Shown here in pieces: positions 55,231 to 64,000 of a stretch of DNA of 64,000 nucleotides. This DNA comes from a virus: IMG/VR virus record IMGVR_UViG_3300008050_000019, one strand, 5' to 3'. The notes beneath the pieces were generated by a model. The model was not told where the DNA came from. It saw nothing but the letters and a program-made list of their open reading frames with translations, and made no database searches. The first letter of the stretch is position 1. Each line of letters starts with the position of its first letter. The position numbers and the translations under genes were made by a program.

Positions 55231-56220
55231 TTAACTAAGCATTGATTCTATTCTATCAATTGCATTTTCATACGCGTGGATAATATCTGCAGATTCTGGA
55301 ACGTCAAGACTATTAAACTCTTTTAAACCAAGCGTCAATGACTCTATCAAGGATTGTAGTTGTCCATCCTTTACTTGCGTCAAAAGAGCGCCCAGGGCAG
55401 AATCTCGTTGATCACCTTCCACGCCTTCAAGGGGCGTGGTATCGATCTTCTTCTTTAGAATACTTTCTGCATCACCAATAGTCTCTGCACCCGAAATTTT
55501 CTTTGCCAATTCCAAAACATCATTCAAGGTTGTATTAATGATACTCTTGATGTCAGAATTTAAGTTTCTTACTAAATTAGAACTTGTTATAGACTTTGTA
55601 ATCTCTTTGTTATTAAGAAGATCAGCAATAGCATCAGATTCAGAAGACTCATGAAGCAGTGCCCTATTAAGACTCCTAGATTCACCTAGCCCGAACGTTT
55701 TCCGAATCTCAGATGTTTTCGATGTTATAGAGCTATCATGGCCCGCAAGTGCATCGATAAGCTCTAATGAAGCCTTAGGGCCAGCCTCGGCGACTTTGAC
55801 GGTAAGCATAGCGATAGGGTTTAGTAGGAATGCGATTAATTCGCCTTCTTTTTTAAAAACCATTCTTGCTTTTTCTATGATTGCGCCATACTTTCTCTCT
55901 ATAGATTGCATACGCTGGTCTTCATTGCTGAAAATGTTTTCGTATCTTGTCGAAAGACCAGGAATGATCAGTGACGGTAACCCTTTTAGTATGACAGCGA
56001 GTGCGGACCGTGCTTTACTGCTTACCTTTGCAACAGAGCCCAGGGCAACCTTCGTTGCGTTTGTCCATGGTTCTATGAAAACTTTCTTAAAATCAGCAGC
56101 ATTCCCTAAATCAACATCACCAAATTCATCGCCGTATTCTTTAACAAGCTTTTTTCTGTCTCTTTCACGTGCATCTTGTAATGAAATGCGTATGCTATTT
56201 TTGAATTGGGTTTCATCCAT
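55231..56220 (-). CDS. hypothetical protein
   Basis: ORF track. The antisense 179-aa ORF is rejected. Confidence 0.7.
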   Translation of the reverse strand: MDETQFKNSIRISLQDARERDRKKLVKEYGDEFGDVDLGNAADFKKVFIEPWTNATKVALGSVAKVSSKARSALAVILKGLPSLIIPGLSTRYENIFSNEDQRMQSIERKYGAIIEKARMVFKKEGELIAFLLNPIAMLTVKVAEAGPKASLELIDALAGHDSSITSKTSEIRKTFGLGESRSLNRALLHESSESDAIADLLNNKEITKSITSSNLVRNLNSDIKSIINTTLNDVLELAKKISGAETIGDAESILKKKIDTTPLEGVEGDQRDSALGALLTQVKDGQLQSLIESLTLGLKEFNSLDVPESADIIHAYENAIDRIESMLS

Positions 56221-56222
56221 AG

Positions 56223-57035
56223 CTATAAATAGGCGTCTGCAGGCGCATCTTCCATCATCTTATTTGCAGGCATCATTAATAGCTTCCCTGTTTTATCTCT
56301 CCAATAAGAGCGAACCTTTTTTTCGAAATCATTAAAGGGATAATGGTTCTTAGTTTTAGGGTCTCTTGTGGTAAATTGTTTTCTGTCAACGGGCGGCAAA
56401 GAAAGCAGAATTTGTTTCTTTGCCGCCAACCAATCCTCAGAATTTGGCATCATGTCGGACACGAAATCAAGTGCACCGACAACATTCACACTAAGCTGTG
56501 TAGTGCCACCAAGAATTTGCCAGACTCTTGAGCCATCTATCTCATTGGGTAATGACTGCACAAACATCTTCTTGTTATCAGTTGATAAAAATTCCCTCAT
56601 CCGGGTGCCAGATATGTCATTCTTACCCGTTCTTTCAACAGAGACAAACTCTACGCCAATATTATTATGTAACCACCCGAAATACTTTTCGCGGCTGTTC
56701 ATTGGGAACCTTCGTTGTATATCTATAGGGTCAGAATATACGCTATACTTTGTTGTAAGTTTCTCTTCATTAGCGAACCCGAGTGTTTCGTAAATATGTC
56801 TAATAGGTACTTTTACGAAGCTTACTTTAACATTTTGAGGAAGGTTGGGCATGATACATTCATTCCACACTAACTCCATATCTACTCCCTTAATATGAAA
56901 TTCACCTGGCTTGCATCTATCAGCAAGCGAAACAATAACCTCAACATAATCGTTATCACTAGATGCTAGCTTTATTAGGTTCCAATGCCCTACGTGAAAT
57001 GGTTTACAACTCGCTGCTATTAATCCAATTTTCAT
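56223..57035 (-). CDS. NMNAT-like nucleotidyltransferase (HxGH / ISxTxxR family)
   Basis: GLIAASCKPFHVGH (PxHxGH) and DISGTRMR (ISxTxxR). Confidence 0.55.
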   Translation of the reverse strand: MKIGLIAASCKPFHVGHWNLIKLASSDNDYVEVIVSLADRCKPGEFHIKGVDMELVWNECIMPNLPQNVKVSFVKVPIRHIYETLGFANEEKLTTKYSVYSDPIDIQRRFPMNSREKYFGWLHNNIGVEFVSVERTGKNDISGTRMREFLSTDNKKMFVQSLPNEIDGSRVWQILGGTTQLSVNVVGALDFVSDMMPNSEDWLAAKKQILLSLPPVDRKQFTTRDPKTKNHYPFNDFEKKVRSYWRDKTGKLLMMPANKMMEDAPADAYL

Positions 57036-58312
57036 TTTTGTTTCTTTACTCTTTTGAATGCTTTAAAGTCTAGACCGTACTTTTTTCTTACTGCTGTTTT
57101 TCTTGACTGGAGGGTTGTTTTCTTTAGAGAAAGAAGCTCACAAAGTTCATTAAGTGATTGTGAATTATTCCATTGCAGTTGAAAACGCTTACCCTCAGAT
57201 GCTTTTCTTTGTTCATCTCTGCTTCTTTTTAAGAGCTTGCCCGTATTTACGCTTAGATACTTAAAGTCTTTCGCAATCTTTAGTTTAATAACTTTGAGCA
57301 TTTTTTCAATGTGTATATCTCTATCAATAATTTTTCTGTGTACTCTTTCGCATATCCCAGAAACATATCTTCCAGTCTCTATAGTTCCTTTAGGAAATCC
57401 CTCTGATATTGCATAAAAGCACTGATCTTCTTTTAGAGAAAATTTTGCTCTACCATTTTTTGAACTTAGAAATCCTTTAACATCACCGATTGTACTACAG
57501 TCGGTTAACACACTGTTTAGTTCCTCTTCGAAAGCTATAGCTGCAGCTTTTAATGATAGATAATAATCATCAAGATTTTCTTGCTCAGAAGATACAAGAG
57601 CGCATGCTGCGCCGTAATATCTGTCAATGACTACTTTTTCAAGTTGTATATTGTTCTTGACATCATTTACGCCAAGAGAATTAAGGTTTGCATTTTTACA
57701 TGTGTTGATGATACAATTGATCACGCCAGCGCCGGAATCCCACGTCCCCGTTCTTCCTAATCTGTATGAGCTTGATATATCCATATCTTTAACATGAATG
57801 TTTTCGCCGTCGACACAAAAATCGTAAGCGCCACCTGGATCTGCATAGAGTGTATCATTGCTGAATAGCAACGCAAATAACACTTCATATCTGCCTACTG
57901 CGTTACCCGTAGTTTGATTAATGACGTCTGCTAACGGGCATAAACATTTTGGAATAGTATATTCACTAGGCTTGCTTATATCAAGTTCGAGACTCAATAC
58001 ACTTGAAACAAGTTCAGCCGGTGTATGAACAGCAATATCATTAAGCACAAGCAAGATTTTCTCTCTAAGCTCCGGGAAAAAATTTATTCTTTTAGCAAGC
58101 TTCAAAAACAAGGATCTTCTATCTGCATTTATAAATAACTCTTGTAGTTCATTTAAAGTACATGATTCATCATATTTTTTGAAACCTGATTCGTGTAGGA
58201 GAGTTGTTATTGCCTTTATGGTGTCGTCGTTATTTGCTGTGTAACCGATTTTCTCAATATACACTTCATTCTTCCCATTAAAGGATATCGTTATATTGTC
58301 CATTATGGACAA
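57032..58312 (-). CDS. hypothetical protein
   Basis: ORF track. Confidence 0.7.
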   Translation of the reverse strand: MSIMDNITISFNGKNEVYIEKIGYTANNDDTIKAITTLLHESGFKKYDESCTLNELQELFINADRRSLFLKLAKRINFFPELREKILLVLNDIAVHTPAELVSSVLSLELDISKPSEYTIPKCLCPLADVINQTTGNAVGRYEVLFALLFSNDTLYADPGGAYDFCVDGENIHVKDMDISSSYRLGRTGTWDSGAGVINCIINTCKNANLNSLGVNDVKNNIQLEKVVIDRYYGAACALVSSEQENLDDYYLSLKAAAIAFEEELNSVLTDCSTIGDVKGFLSSKNGRAKFSLKEDQCFYAISEGFPKGTIETGRYVSGICERVHRKIIDRDIHIEKMLKVIKLKIAKDFKYLSVNTGKLLKRSRDEQRKASEGKRFQLQWNNSQSLNELCELLSLKKTTLQSRKTAVRKKYGLDFKAFKRVKKQK

Positions 58313-58344
58313 TTATATTGATTAAAGTAATTAGATATTACTTG

Positions 58345-58959
58345 TTAATACACTAATTTTCTTTTGCCAGTTTCATCTTTAACAGGTTTACCATTGATTG
58401 CATTGATCACCACGGTTTCAACAGAGTGCATTTTCTTTGTTAATTTCGCTACTAGATCAACATATTCCAGCCTATGAAGATGGCCAGGATCAAAAGTAAT
58501 AACAATCTGCATTATTCTATGACCCCCCTTTGTTCTTTCAATAGCACCATTTTGGATGACAGTCGAGATGCCCTTAATAATCCTAATCCCAGTAACAACT
58601 TCTTCGACTTTCATTCCTTTACTTAGAACAAGCTTCGCAGAAGCAGTATCAAGCATCTTTAATGCACCTAAAGCTTCAGAAATCTGTTCATCAGTATCTG
58701 GCTGTCGGTACTTTTTTATTTGAGCCTTAAGGTGCTGGCATGATCTAGCATAATTTGACCTTGCTGCAGTTGCCAGCTTCTGTTGATTTCTTAATCTTAG
58801 TAAACCAGTAAGAATAGACTCCATCTCTTCAACATGTTCGGAAGAACCATACGCAGATGATGTCCCATCAGACAAAGTAACATCTGCATAGTTTTGAGAA
58901 CGCTCAGAAATTACTTGCTCACTAATTATTTTTTTTAAAATTCCAAATTCTAGCTTCAT
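58345..58959 (-). CDS. hypothetical protein
   Basis: ORF track. Confidence 0.65.
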   Translation of the reverse strand: MKLEFGILKKIISEQVISERSQNYADVTLSDGTSSAYGSSEHVEEMESILTGLLRLRNQQKLATAARSNYARSCQHLKAQIKKYRQPDTDEQISEALGALKMLDTASAKLVLSKGMKVEEVVTGIRIIKGISTVIQNGAIERTKGGHRIMQIVITFDPGHLHRLEYVDLVAKLTKKMHSVETVVINAINGKPVKDETGKRKLVY

Positions 58960-58988
58960 ACTCTATCCCAAAGATAAGTATTATCCTG

Positions 58989-59171
58989 CTAATCTTTAAT
59001 CTTAAATTTCATCCAGTGAATCAAATACTTCATCATCTGCTCTGATGGCAGATTAGTACCCTGCATCCATGATACAACTTCGCCAACAGTTACAGCGGCA
59101 CTTGCAGCGAGCTCAGTCAATGTAACATGTGCTGTAACTGTATTTAGTAACTCTATAAACTCTTCTTGCAT
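58989..59171 (-). CDS. hypothetical protein
   Basis: ORF track. Confidence 0.5.
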   Translation of the reverse strand: MQEEFIELLNTVTAHVTLTELAASAAVTVGEVVSWMQGTNLPSEQMMKYLIHWMKFKIKD

Positions 59172-59210
59172 AGATCATTATAACAATCTATGCAAGAGTG
59201 TATAAAGTTA

Positions 59211-59480
59211 TTATTTCTGCTTTTTTGCTCGGGCCTTGAGAGCTTTCTTGTCGCTCTTAGCTGGAGCATTTTTCTTTGCCTTAGGCGCAGGCGAGGGTGC
59301 AGCGTCGCGACGCTTGATCTGTGCTTCAAGGCGTGCTTTTTCTTTGGCACTTTCACCTGGGGTAAACGTAAGCTTTAGAAGACGATCTTCTAGAGATAGC
59401 GCATTATGCTCTGCATTACGCTCAGCAGCATCCGTTTGACGCTGTTGTTTCCGACCGAAAAAATTCTTTTGACCTGCCAT
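59211..59480 (-). CDS. Lys/Ala-rich basic protein
   Basis: C-terminal APSPAPKAKKNAPAKSDKKALKARAKKQK. Preferred over the overlapping frames 59153..59356 and 59236..59439. Confidence 0.5.
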   Translation of the reverse strand: MAGQKNFFGRKQQRQTDAAERNAEHNALSLEDRLLKLTFTPGESAKEKARLEAQIKRRDAAPSPAPKAKKNAPAKSDKKALKARAKKQK

Positions 59481-59481
59481 A

Positions 59482-59664
59482 TTAGCTATGCTCTCTCTCT
59501 ACTGCTAGTCGAACTTCATCAATAAAATATTGCCTAATAAGTTTTGGGTCGACCGCATCTGTTAAGGGAATATCATATGCAGCTCTAATCTTCACTAGAA
59601 TCTGTTCTGTATATTCAATGTCTAAAACGTTTCCGTTAGGAAGTTCGAATGATATAAAAGCCAT
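59482..59664 (-). CDS. hypothetical protein
   Basis: ORF track. Confidence 0.5.
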   Translation of the reverse strand: MAFISFELPNGNVLDIEYTEQILVKIRAAYDIPLTDAVDPKLIRQYFIDEVRLAVEREHS

Positions 59665-59727
59665 AATAAATTTTATACCATATTATTTTTTGTTAAATAA
59701 TAATATTACATTTAATTTCAAATAACA

Positions 59728-60402
59728 CTAAGATATGAGCATTTGTTTCATTCGAAATTGAGCGCTTTCACCGACCCTTTTTCCAGCGGAGATTGGTGGT
59801 GCTCTATTTTCTTTCTCTTTCTTTCTCATGCCAGCATCTTTGGACACTTGGTTTGTTTGGCGAGCTTGATGAAGTTTGTCTTTCTCTTTTCTGTCTTTCT
59901 CTAATGACGTAACACGCTGCATCTTTACAGAATATGGTTCATCATCTGGATCTTTTACGCGCTTCCCATCAGCTTCATGAGCAACTATATGCCCAATAGA
60001 CTCAAGAAACCCAAAAAGAGCAAATCTCTCAGATGATTCCATGCCATCAAGATATTGTTTCATTTCATCTTTAATTTTAGAGTCATCAAGTGACTTACCC
60101 GATCTGACAATATTTAATTTATCCTGAATGTCATCAAACGTTATTTCTTCCGGGACATCGGGCGACGACTGTTCACCACTTTTTTCTTGAGAAGGAACTT
60201 CCTCACTCTGAGCTTCGTGTTCATTTTGGGATTTAGTTTCTTTTTGTGGTAAGCTTTCTATTGATGCTTGCAGTTGATCTTGGCGGCGGCCTTCACGATC
60301 CTTCTCAGCCTGCATCTCTTGATCATGAATCGCATCGCCCACAGAGACTCTGACTATCTCATGCAGGTGTCTCGTTAGTATTTGATCTGGAGTCAGCTTC
60401 AT
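59728..60402 (-). CDS. hypothetical acidic/charged protein (start moved to MKLTPDQ)
   Basis: ATG at 60402 sits directly after the stop (60404) of the upstream gene. The track start at 60543 would overlap by 140 nt. Confidence 0.6.
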   Translation of the reverse strand: MKLTPDQILTRHLHEIVRVSVGDAIHDQEMQAEKDREGRRQDQLQASIESLPQKETKSQNEHEAQSEEVPSQEKSGEQSSPDVPEEITFDDIQDKLNIVRSGKSLDDSKIKDEMKQYLDGMESSERFALFGFLESIGHIVAHEADGKRVKDPDDEPYSVKMQRVTSLEKDRKEKDKLHQARQTNQVSKDAGMRKKEKENRAPPISAGKRVGESAQFRMKQMLIS

Positions 60403-60403
60403 T

Positions 60404-60868
60404 TTAGTGCCGTGTTCTATTAGAGGCATGATCCATATATCGATCAGCAGACCTGTTTGCTGATCTGGCTGCATAGTCTCTTTGTCTCTTTTTTGCGGCC
60501 TCATCTGCAGAAAGGATATTATCCATATGCTTATTAAATGCAACCTGACAACTCTCAGTTAATCTTAATGGGGTACCTAAAATTTCGTCATCCTCATCCA
60601 TATCTTCCAATGAAGAAGACTCATTTAAAACAAGCCTCAAATTATCGATATCCAGGCTTTCATTTTTGGATGCCGCAGAGTCTCTCCACTTTTGTGCCAT
60701 GCCATCTAAAGCTGATTCTGCTGCTGCGATTGCCGAAGCGACGGCAGCAGGCTCACCATAATCTGTATTTGATGTATAATCACGTAATATATCAAGGATA
60801 TTACCGACTTCCGTACGTGCGTCGCTTAAATGTTGTCTAGCTTTGTCAAAATGCTCATCAATAGTCAT
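60404..60868 (-). CDS. hypothetical protein
   Basis: ORF track, GAGGA SD upstream. Confidence 0.6.
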   Translation of the reverse strand: MTIDEHFDKARQHLSDARTEVGNILDILRDYTSNTDYGEPAAVASAIAAAESALDGMAQKWRDSAASKNESLDIDNLRLVLNESSSLEDMDEDDEILGTPLRLTESCQVAFNKHMDNILSADEAAKKRQRDYAARSANRSADRYMDHASNRTRH

Positions 60869-61060
60869 ATCTTAGTCCTCTATAATATTTATCCAACCCT
60901 TCAGCGAAAAACCCATAAGTTGTGAATTATTTTTAATTGACTTAGAGGTTCTTGTTAACAGCCAGTTTTCCTGGGTTCACATCTTATATACTATATTAGT
61001 ATATATGATAGGTTCTATGGATAATATTTCTAGGCATGATATGCACCCTGGTTAACGCTT

Positions 61061-61477
61061 CTATATATCATCAAAAAAATCATCAGGTAGCATATGCACT
61101 TTGATAACATCTCTAACTAGATTTGATAATACTTCGCTTATTCCCGTGATATGTTTACACTCTTCTCTCGCATCTGAGAACTGCGTAAAGAAAATTGGCG
61201 AAGAAGATGATAGTGGCACGCCAGAAGCTCCTAACACTTTATAGTCAAGGCTACGAACAGCATATTCCAGTTTGTTTAGTTTACTTGACAGATCTCGTCT
61301 ATAGCCAATGACAGCCAATAGCTCTTTCGCCGCAATATAAGCCTCTACATCAGGATAGTCACCAGTTTCTTCCTTAGCAGCATTTTGATCAGAAATACAA
61401 GTCTCCGCGGCATCAATTTTTTTCCTCCAACCAGAACCGCATATGTCTTTAAAAGACTCGCACGTAAAAATGTTCAT
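61061..61477 (-). CDS. hypothetical protein
   Basis: ORF track. Confidence 0.6.
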   Translation of the reverse strand: MNIFTCESFKDICGSGWRKKIDAAETCISDQNAAKEETGDYPDVEAYIAAKELLAVIGYRRDLSSKLNKLEYAVRSLDYKVLGASGVPLSSSSPIFFTQFSDAREECKHITGISEVLSNLVRDVIKVHMLPDDFFDDI

Positions 61478-61478
61478 C

Positions 61479-62090
61479 TTAAAATTGTCCCGTGTACTTT
61501 CCGCTTTTTGTTAGCTCACGTCTTTTTTTGTTCCATGGGTTTCGAAGCTCGGCACGGAATCTGTCAAAGAGAAGCCACCCTTGTGGTTTGGTTTTTGCTT
61601 CGTCCCAAAAAGTTAGAAGATAGTGCTGGAATTTCGGCGATTGCACGATTGCCGCTGGGACGTCTTTATGTTCCGTTAAAAATGCTACTTCATCATGCGA
61701 CAACGTTCTTGTGCCGAGTATAATCTCTTTATACTCTTCGATAGCATGCGATACTACATTAAGCAAGTCTTTGCGGTTTAACGTTTGAAGTGATTTATCA
61801 CAAAGACGCTCACCATGCTTTTCTTCGAATGCAGAAGCTGCTTCTGCAATAAGCTCATCGCATTCTTCTGGTGTACATAATGATGTAATCATCACAAGCT
61901 TGTCCCAGGCTCGGGCTACTGCGAGGCGTCCAGAAGATGGCGAGCCAGTTTGACCTTCGGGAGCTAACTCATTTGCAATGTCTTCATATGTTGCGAGTGC
62001 TGGTAATGCGTCTAATGCTTCGGTATTAAGTGATGTAGTCATGCTCATTATTTCCTTTAAAGGATTAAATTTCCTAAAAAATAATAACAC
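61479..62090 (-). CDS. hypothetical protein (likely start 62048, MSMTTS, with AGGAA SD)
   Basis: ORF track. Confidence 0.65.
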   Translation of the reverse strand: MLLFFRKFNPLKEIMSMTTSLNTEALDALPALATYEDIANELAPEGQTGSPSSGRLAVARAWDKLVMITSLCTPEECDELIAEAASAFEEKHGERLCDKSLQTLNRKDLLNVVSHAIEEYKEIILGTRTLSHDEVAFLTEHKDVPAAIVQSPKFQHYLLTFWDEAKTKPQGWLLFDRFRAELRNPWNKKRRELTKSGKYTGQF

Positions 62091-62130
62091 AATATTATAA
62101 AAATAAAAACAGTTATTTTCCTTATTTAAC

Positions 62131-62574
62131 TCAGTTTATTTTTGATAATGCATATGCACCACCAAGAATGCTTCCTGCTCCAAGTGCATACCACAAAACA
62201 TTTTCCCACCATATATTTTGCGTGTTTAACTTATCTTCAAGCATCTCGATGTACTTGTCCTTAATCTTAAGTCTCTCTGCAGACGATAAAGATAAACTGT
62301 CATATGCAGCAGCTGTAGTAGCTGTAGCGTACTTTAATTTAGCTCCCTGAAGTCCTAGGGCTAATCTTAATTCGCTTGCTGCTTTGTCATTTAAGAGCAA
62401 AGATTTTGCTCGTTCCTCAGCGAATGCCCTATTGTCGTATAGCACACCATCAAATGGAGCGATGGCACCTTCTTTTATGATCGCAACTCGAGGTTTTGAA
62501 GTATCTTGTGCTAATGATGGCGCAGAGCTAAGAAGCAGTAAAGCTATAACAAATTTTTGCGTTGCTTTATTCAT
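62131..62574 (-). CDS. secreted protein with C-terminal TM
   Basis: Signal peptide VIALLLLSSAPSLAQD and C-terminal VLWYALGAGSILGGAYAL. Confidence 0.6.
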   Translation of the reverse strand: MNKATQKFVIALLLLSSAPSLAQDTSKPRVAIIKEGAIAPFDGVLYDNRAFAEERAKSLLLNDKAASELRLALGLQGAKLKYATATTAAAYDSLSLSSAERLKIKDKYIEMLEDKLNTQNIWWENVLWYALGAGSILGGAYALSKIN

Positions 62575-62962
62575 TTACTATCGTAATATCATACCCAGTT
62601 TCATTTTCCAACTCAGAAGCCAAAGCCTCAGGGTTGTCTTTAAATTTCTTAATAATATTATTAACCAGCTTTCTCTTCTTCTTATCGTAGAGCTTATTAT
62701 CATTCTTGTATGCTTCTTCAACTTTGCGTGTGGTTGCTTGAAATTGCTTAAATGCGGTTGCACGATCTTGAAGCTCTTTTTCGTGAGCTGAGTTGATAAC
62801 TTTTAGTTCTTTTTCATGGGCATTTTTTGCAGTTTTTATAGCTGATTTTAAATTTGGGCCATTTTGCTTTTTTAACATAAAAAACATAAAAATAAGAAGC
62901 CCGGAGATAGGAATCAACCAATAATGCTTGAACCAACTAAATGCTTTTTTTAGTGCTAACAT
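62567..62962 (-). CDS. N-terminal TM plus coiled-coil protein
   Basis: WLIPISGLLIFMFFML followed by a Lys/Glu-rich helical region. Confidence 0.6.
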   Translation of the reverse strand: MLALKKAFSWFKHYWLIPISGLLIFMFFMLKKQNGPNLKSAIKTAKNAHEKELKVINSAHEKELQDRATAFKQFQATTRKVEEAYKNDNKLYDKKKRKLVNNIIKKFKDNPEALASELENETGYDITIVNE

Positions 62963-63301
62963 TTATTTTTTCGTATCAATAGCTTTTGCAGCAACAGCTT
63001 TTATCTTCATCTTTACGAGTGTGATAATTGTAGTGTTTAACACACCCCCCATAAGCCCCAGACCTGCGCCTACTGGCGTACTTACAAGTAAAAAACCCAT
63101 GCCTCCGCCAATAACGATAGCGCCACCTCTAAGAACGATAGACCACCACCAGGGTGACTTACCTGACTTTTCTTTAATAGCATCTTTACGAGAAACTAGC
63201 GCACCACGTATTACTTGCGTAACTCCCCAACTTACGACGCCTGATATCGCTATTACCAGCAGGATCGTCGTTAATGTGCCTAAGGCACCTATTTCTAACA
63301 T
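62963..63301 (-). CDS. small polytopic membrane protein (holin-like topology)
   Basis: Three hydrophobic segments and a charged C-terminus. Confidence 0.55.
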   Translation of the reverse strand: MLEIGALGTLTTILLVIAISGVVSWGVTQVIRGALVSRKDAIKEKSGKSPWWWSIVLRGGAIVIGGGMGFLLVSTPVGAGLGLMGGVLNTTIITLVKMKIKAVAAKAIDTKK

Positions 63302-63316
63302 AATACTTCCTCAAGC

Positions 63317-63601
63317 CTAATCATTAAATGGGCTCTCTCTTTCTATCTCATTAAACAGAGATTCAGCGTCAGTTGTTGTTAATTTTACTGGAGTTTTTTC
63401 GCGCTTTCTTTCCGCAAGGTTATCCAAAATTTTAATCATTTTCGGGTTTTCCTGGATACATAGCGCTGATAGTTCTTCCAATACTTCCTGCATAGACAGG
63501 CCCTTTCTAAAGCATAAAACACGAAATTCGGCATGAGTTTGAGGTAAAAGCTTAATATGGATGCCTTTTCTGATGTCGATTTCTGATGGGCGGCGTGACA
63601 T
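63317..63601 (-). CDS. putative ribbon-helix-helix DNA-binding protein
   Basis: IHIKLLPQTHAEFRVLCFRKGLSMQEVLEEL resembles a beta-strand plus two-helix RHH pattern. Confidence 0.45.
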   Translation of the reverse strand: MSRRPSEIDIRKGIHIKLLPQTHAEFRVLCFRKGLSMQEVLEELSALCIQENPKMIKILDNLAERKREKTPVKLTTTDAESLFNEIERESPFND

Positions 63602-64000
63602 TATACTCCCCCGATACCTGATGCACCAGCGCCGACAGCCATTGGTTTCTCTCGTGGTTCTTCAAGTGATTCGCGATCTAAAATTATATCAAACTCTCTT
63701 TCCAAGATTTCTTCAAACTCAGTTGCGACTGTGTGACTGTAGTTTTGCTCTAAATAATTACGAGCCCTATTCGCAATAGCTATAGGCATATCTAGTAGAC
63801 TATGATAATTCGTAGCAAGACGAGACACTTTACCCGCGAATTTATGAAGATCTATTGCTGGCTGGAGTGGATCGGAATCTTCTTCAACTGAGAAGTCGTC
63901 ATCCGTTGTTAAGTCTGGTTCTTCCTCTTCCTCTGGCTCGTCCGTTGCGTCAGCTGGAGCTTCTTCGGGATCTACAGGCTCTTCCTCTTTTGCAAACTCA
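63601..64000 (-). CDS. hypothetical protein with acidic N-terminal region (5' end beyond window)
   Basis: The frame of track ORF 63601..63828 stays open with no stop to position 64000 (...EEPDLTTDDDFSVEEDSDPLQPAIDLHKFAGK-VSRLATNYH). Confidence 0.55.
   Translation of the reverse strand, partial: EFAKEEEPVDPEEAPADATDEPEEEEEPDLTTDDDFSVEEDSDPLQPAIDLHKFAGKVSRLATNYHSLLDMPIAIANRARNYLEQNYSHTVATEFEEILEREFDIILDRESLEEPREKPMAVGAGASGIGGV

Noticed and set aside
55796-56335. 179-aa plus-strand ORF
   Set aside because: It is antisense across the junction of two well-supported minus-strand genes (55231..56220 and 56223..57035) and has no start context or motif.
59153-59439. Overlapping ORFs 59153..59356 (-), 59190..59378 (+) and 59236..59439 (+)
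   Set aside because: All overlap the Lys/Ala-rich ORF 59211..59480. The GC-rich, repetitive codons keep several frames open, and only the frame with a tidy start, stop and neighbour spacing is kept.

Overview
The window reads as an AT-rich, densely packed segment of a large tailed-phage genome, probably jumbo-type with some T4-like genes. About 110 ORFs are collinear on the minus strand. The only plus-strand genes form a two-gene island at 6404-8523. There is no rRNA, CRISPR array, integrase or transposase. Functions I can support from motifs are: rIIA/rIIB homologues, an ATP-dependent DNA ligase, an Rnl1-like RNA ligase, a FEN-type 5'-3' exonuclease, a minimal RadA/Sms-like ATPase, a GroEL-type chaperonin, a sigma-70 family factor that appears to lack region 4.2, a Nudix hydrolase, an NMNAT-like nucleotidyltransferase, a dCMP/cytidine-deaminase-like protein, a cREC (cyclic-phosphate-processing receiver) domain protein, three MORN-variant repeat proteins, and large structural or fibre-like proteins. 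A tRNA island at 3749-5474 carries Arg-TCT, Leu-TAA, Arg-CCT, Ile-TAT, Met-CAT and one unresolved tRNA-like element. An isolated tRNA-Val(TAC) lies at 20909-20980. The strongest candidate for a new system is a minus-strand cluster at 30651-36430. It encodes a MoxR-type AAA+ ATPase, then a VWA/HExxH protein, then a full-length major vault protein (MVP) homologue. The cluster is preceded by three tandem 85-86 bp promoter-like repeats and closed by a canonical intrinsic terminator. Other signals worth a second look are: a three-copy hairpin element whose stem changes are compensated in the opposite arm; a recurrent promoter-like motif (minus-strand sense TGTGTTA-N12/13-CGTAATA); a secreted lipoprotein with 7-8 CDGxDNDCDG modules plus a VWA domain; an expanded family of small GDL-motif proteins with a tandem array and a truncated remnant; and many micro-ORFs under 60 aa that are translationally coupled to their neighbours. 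All functional calls rest on motifs read by eye. No database search was possible.
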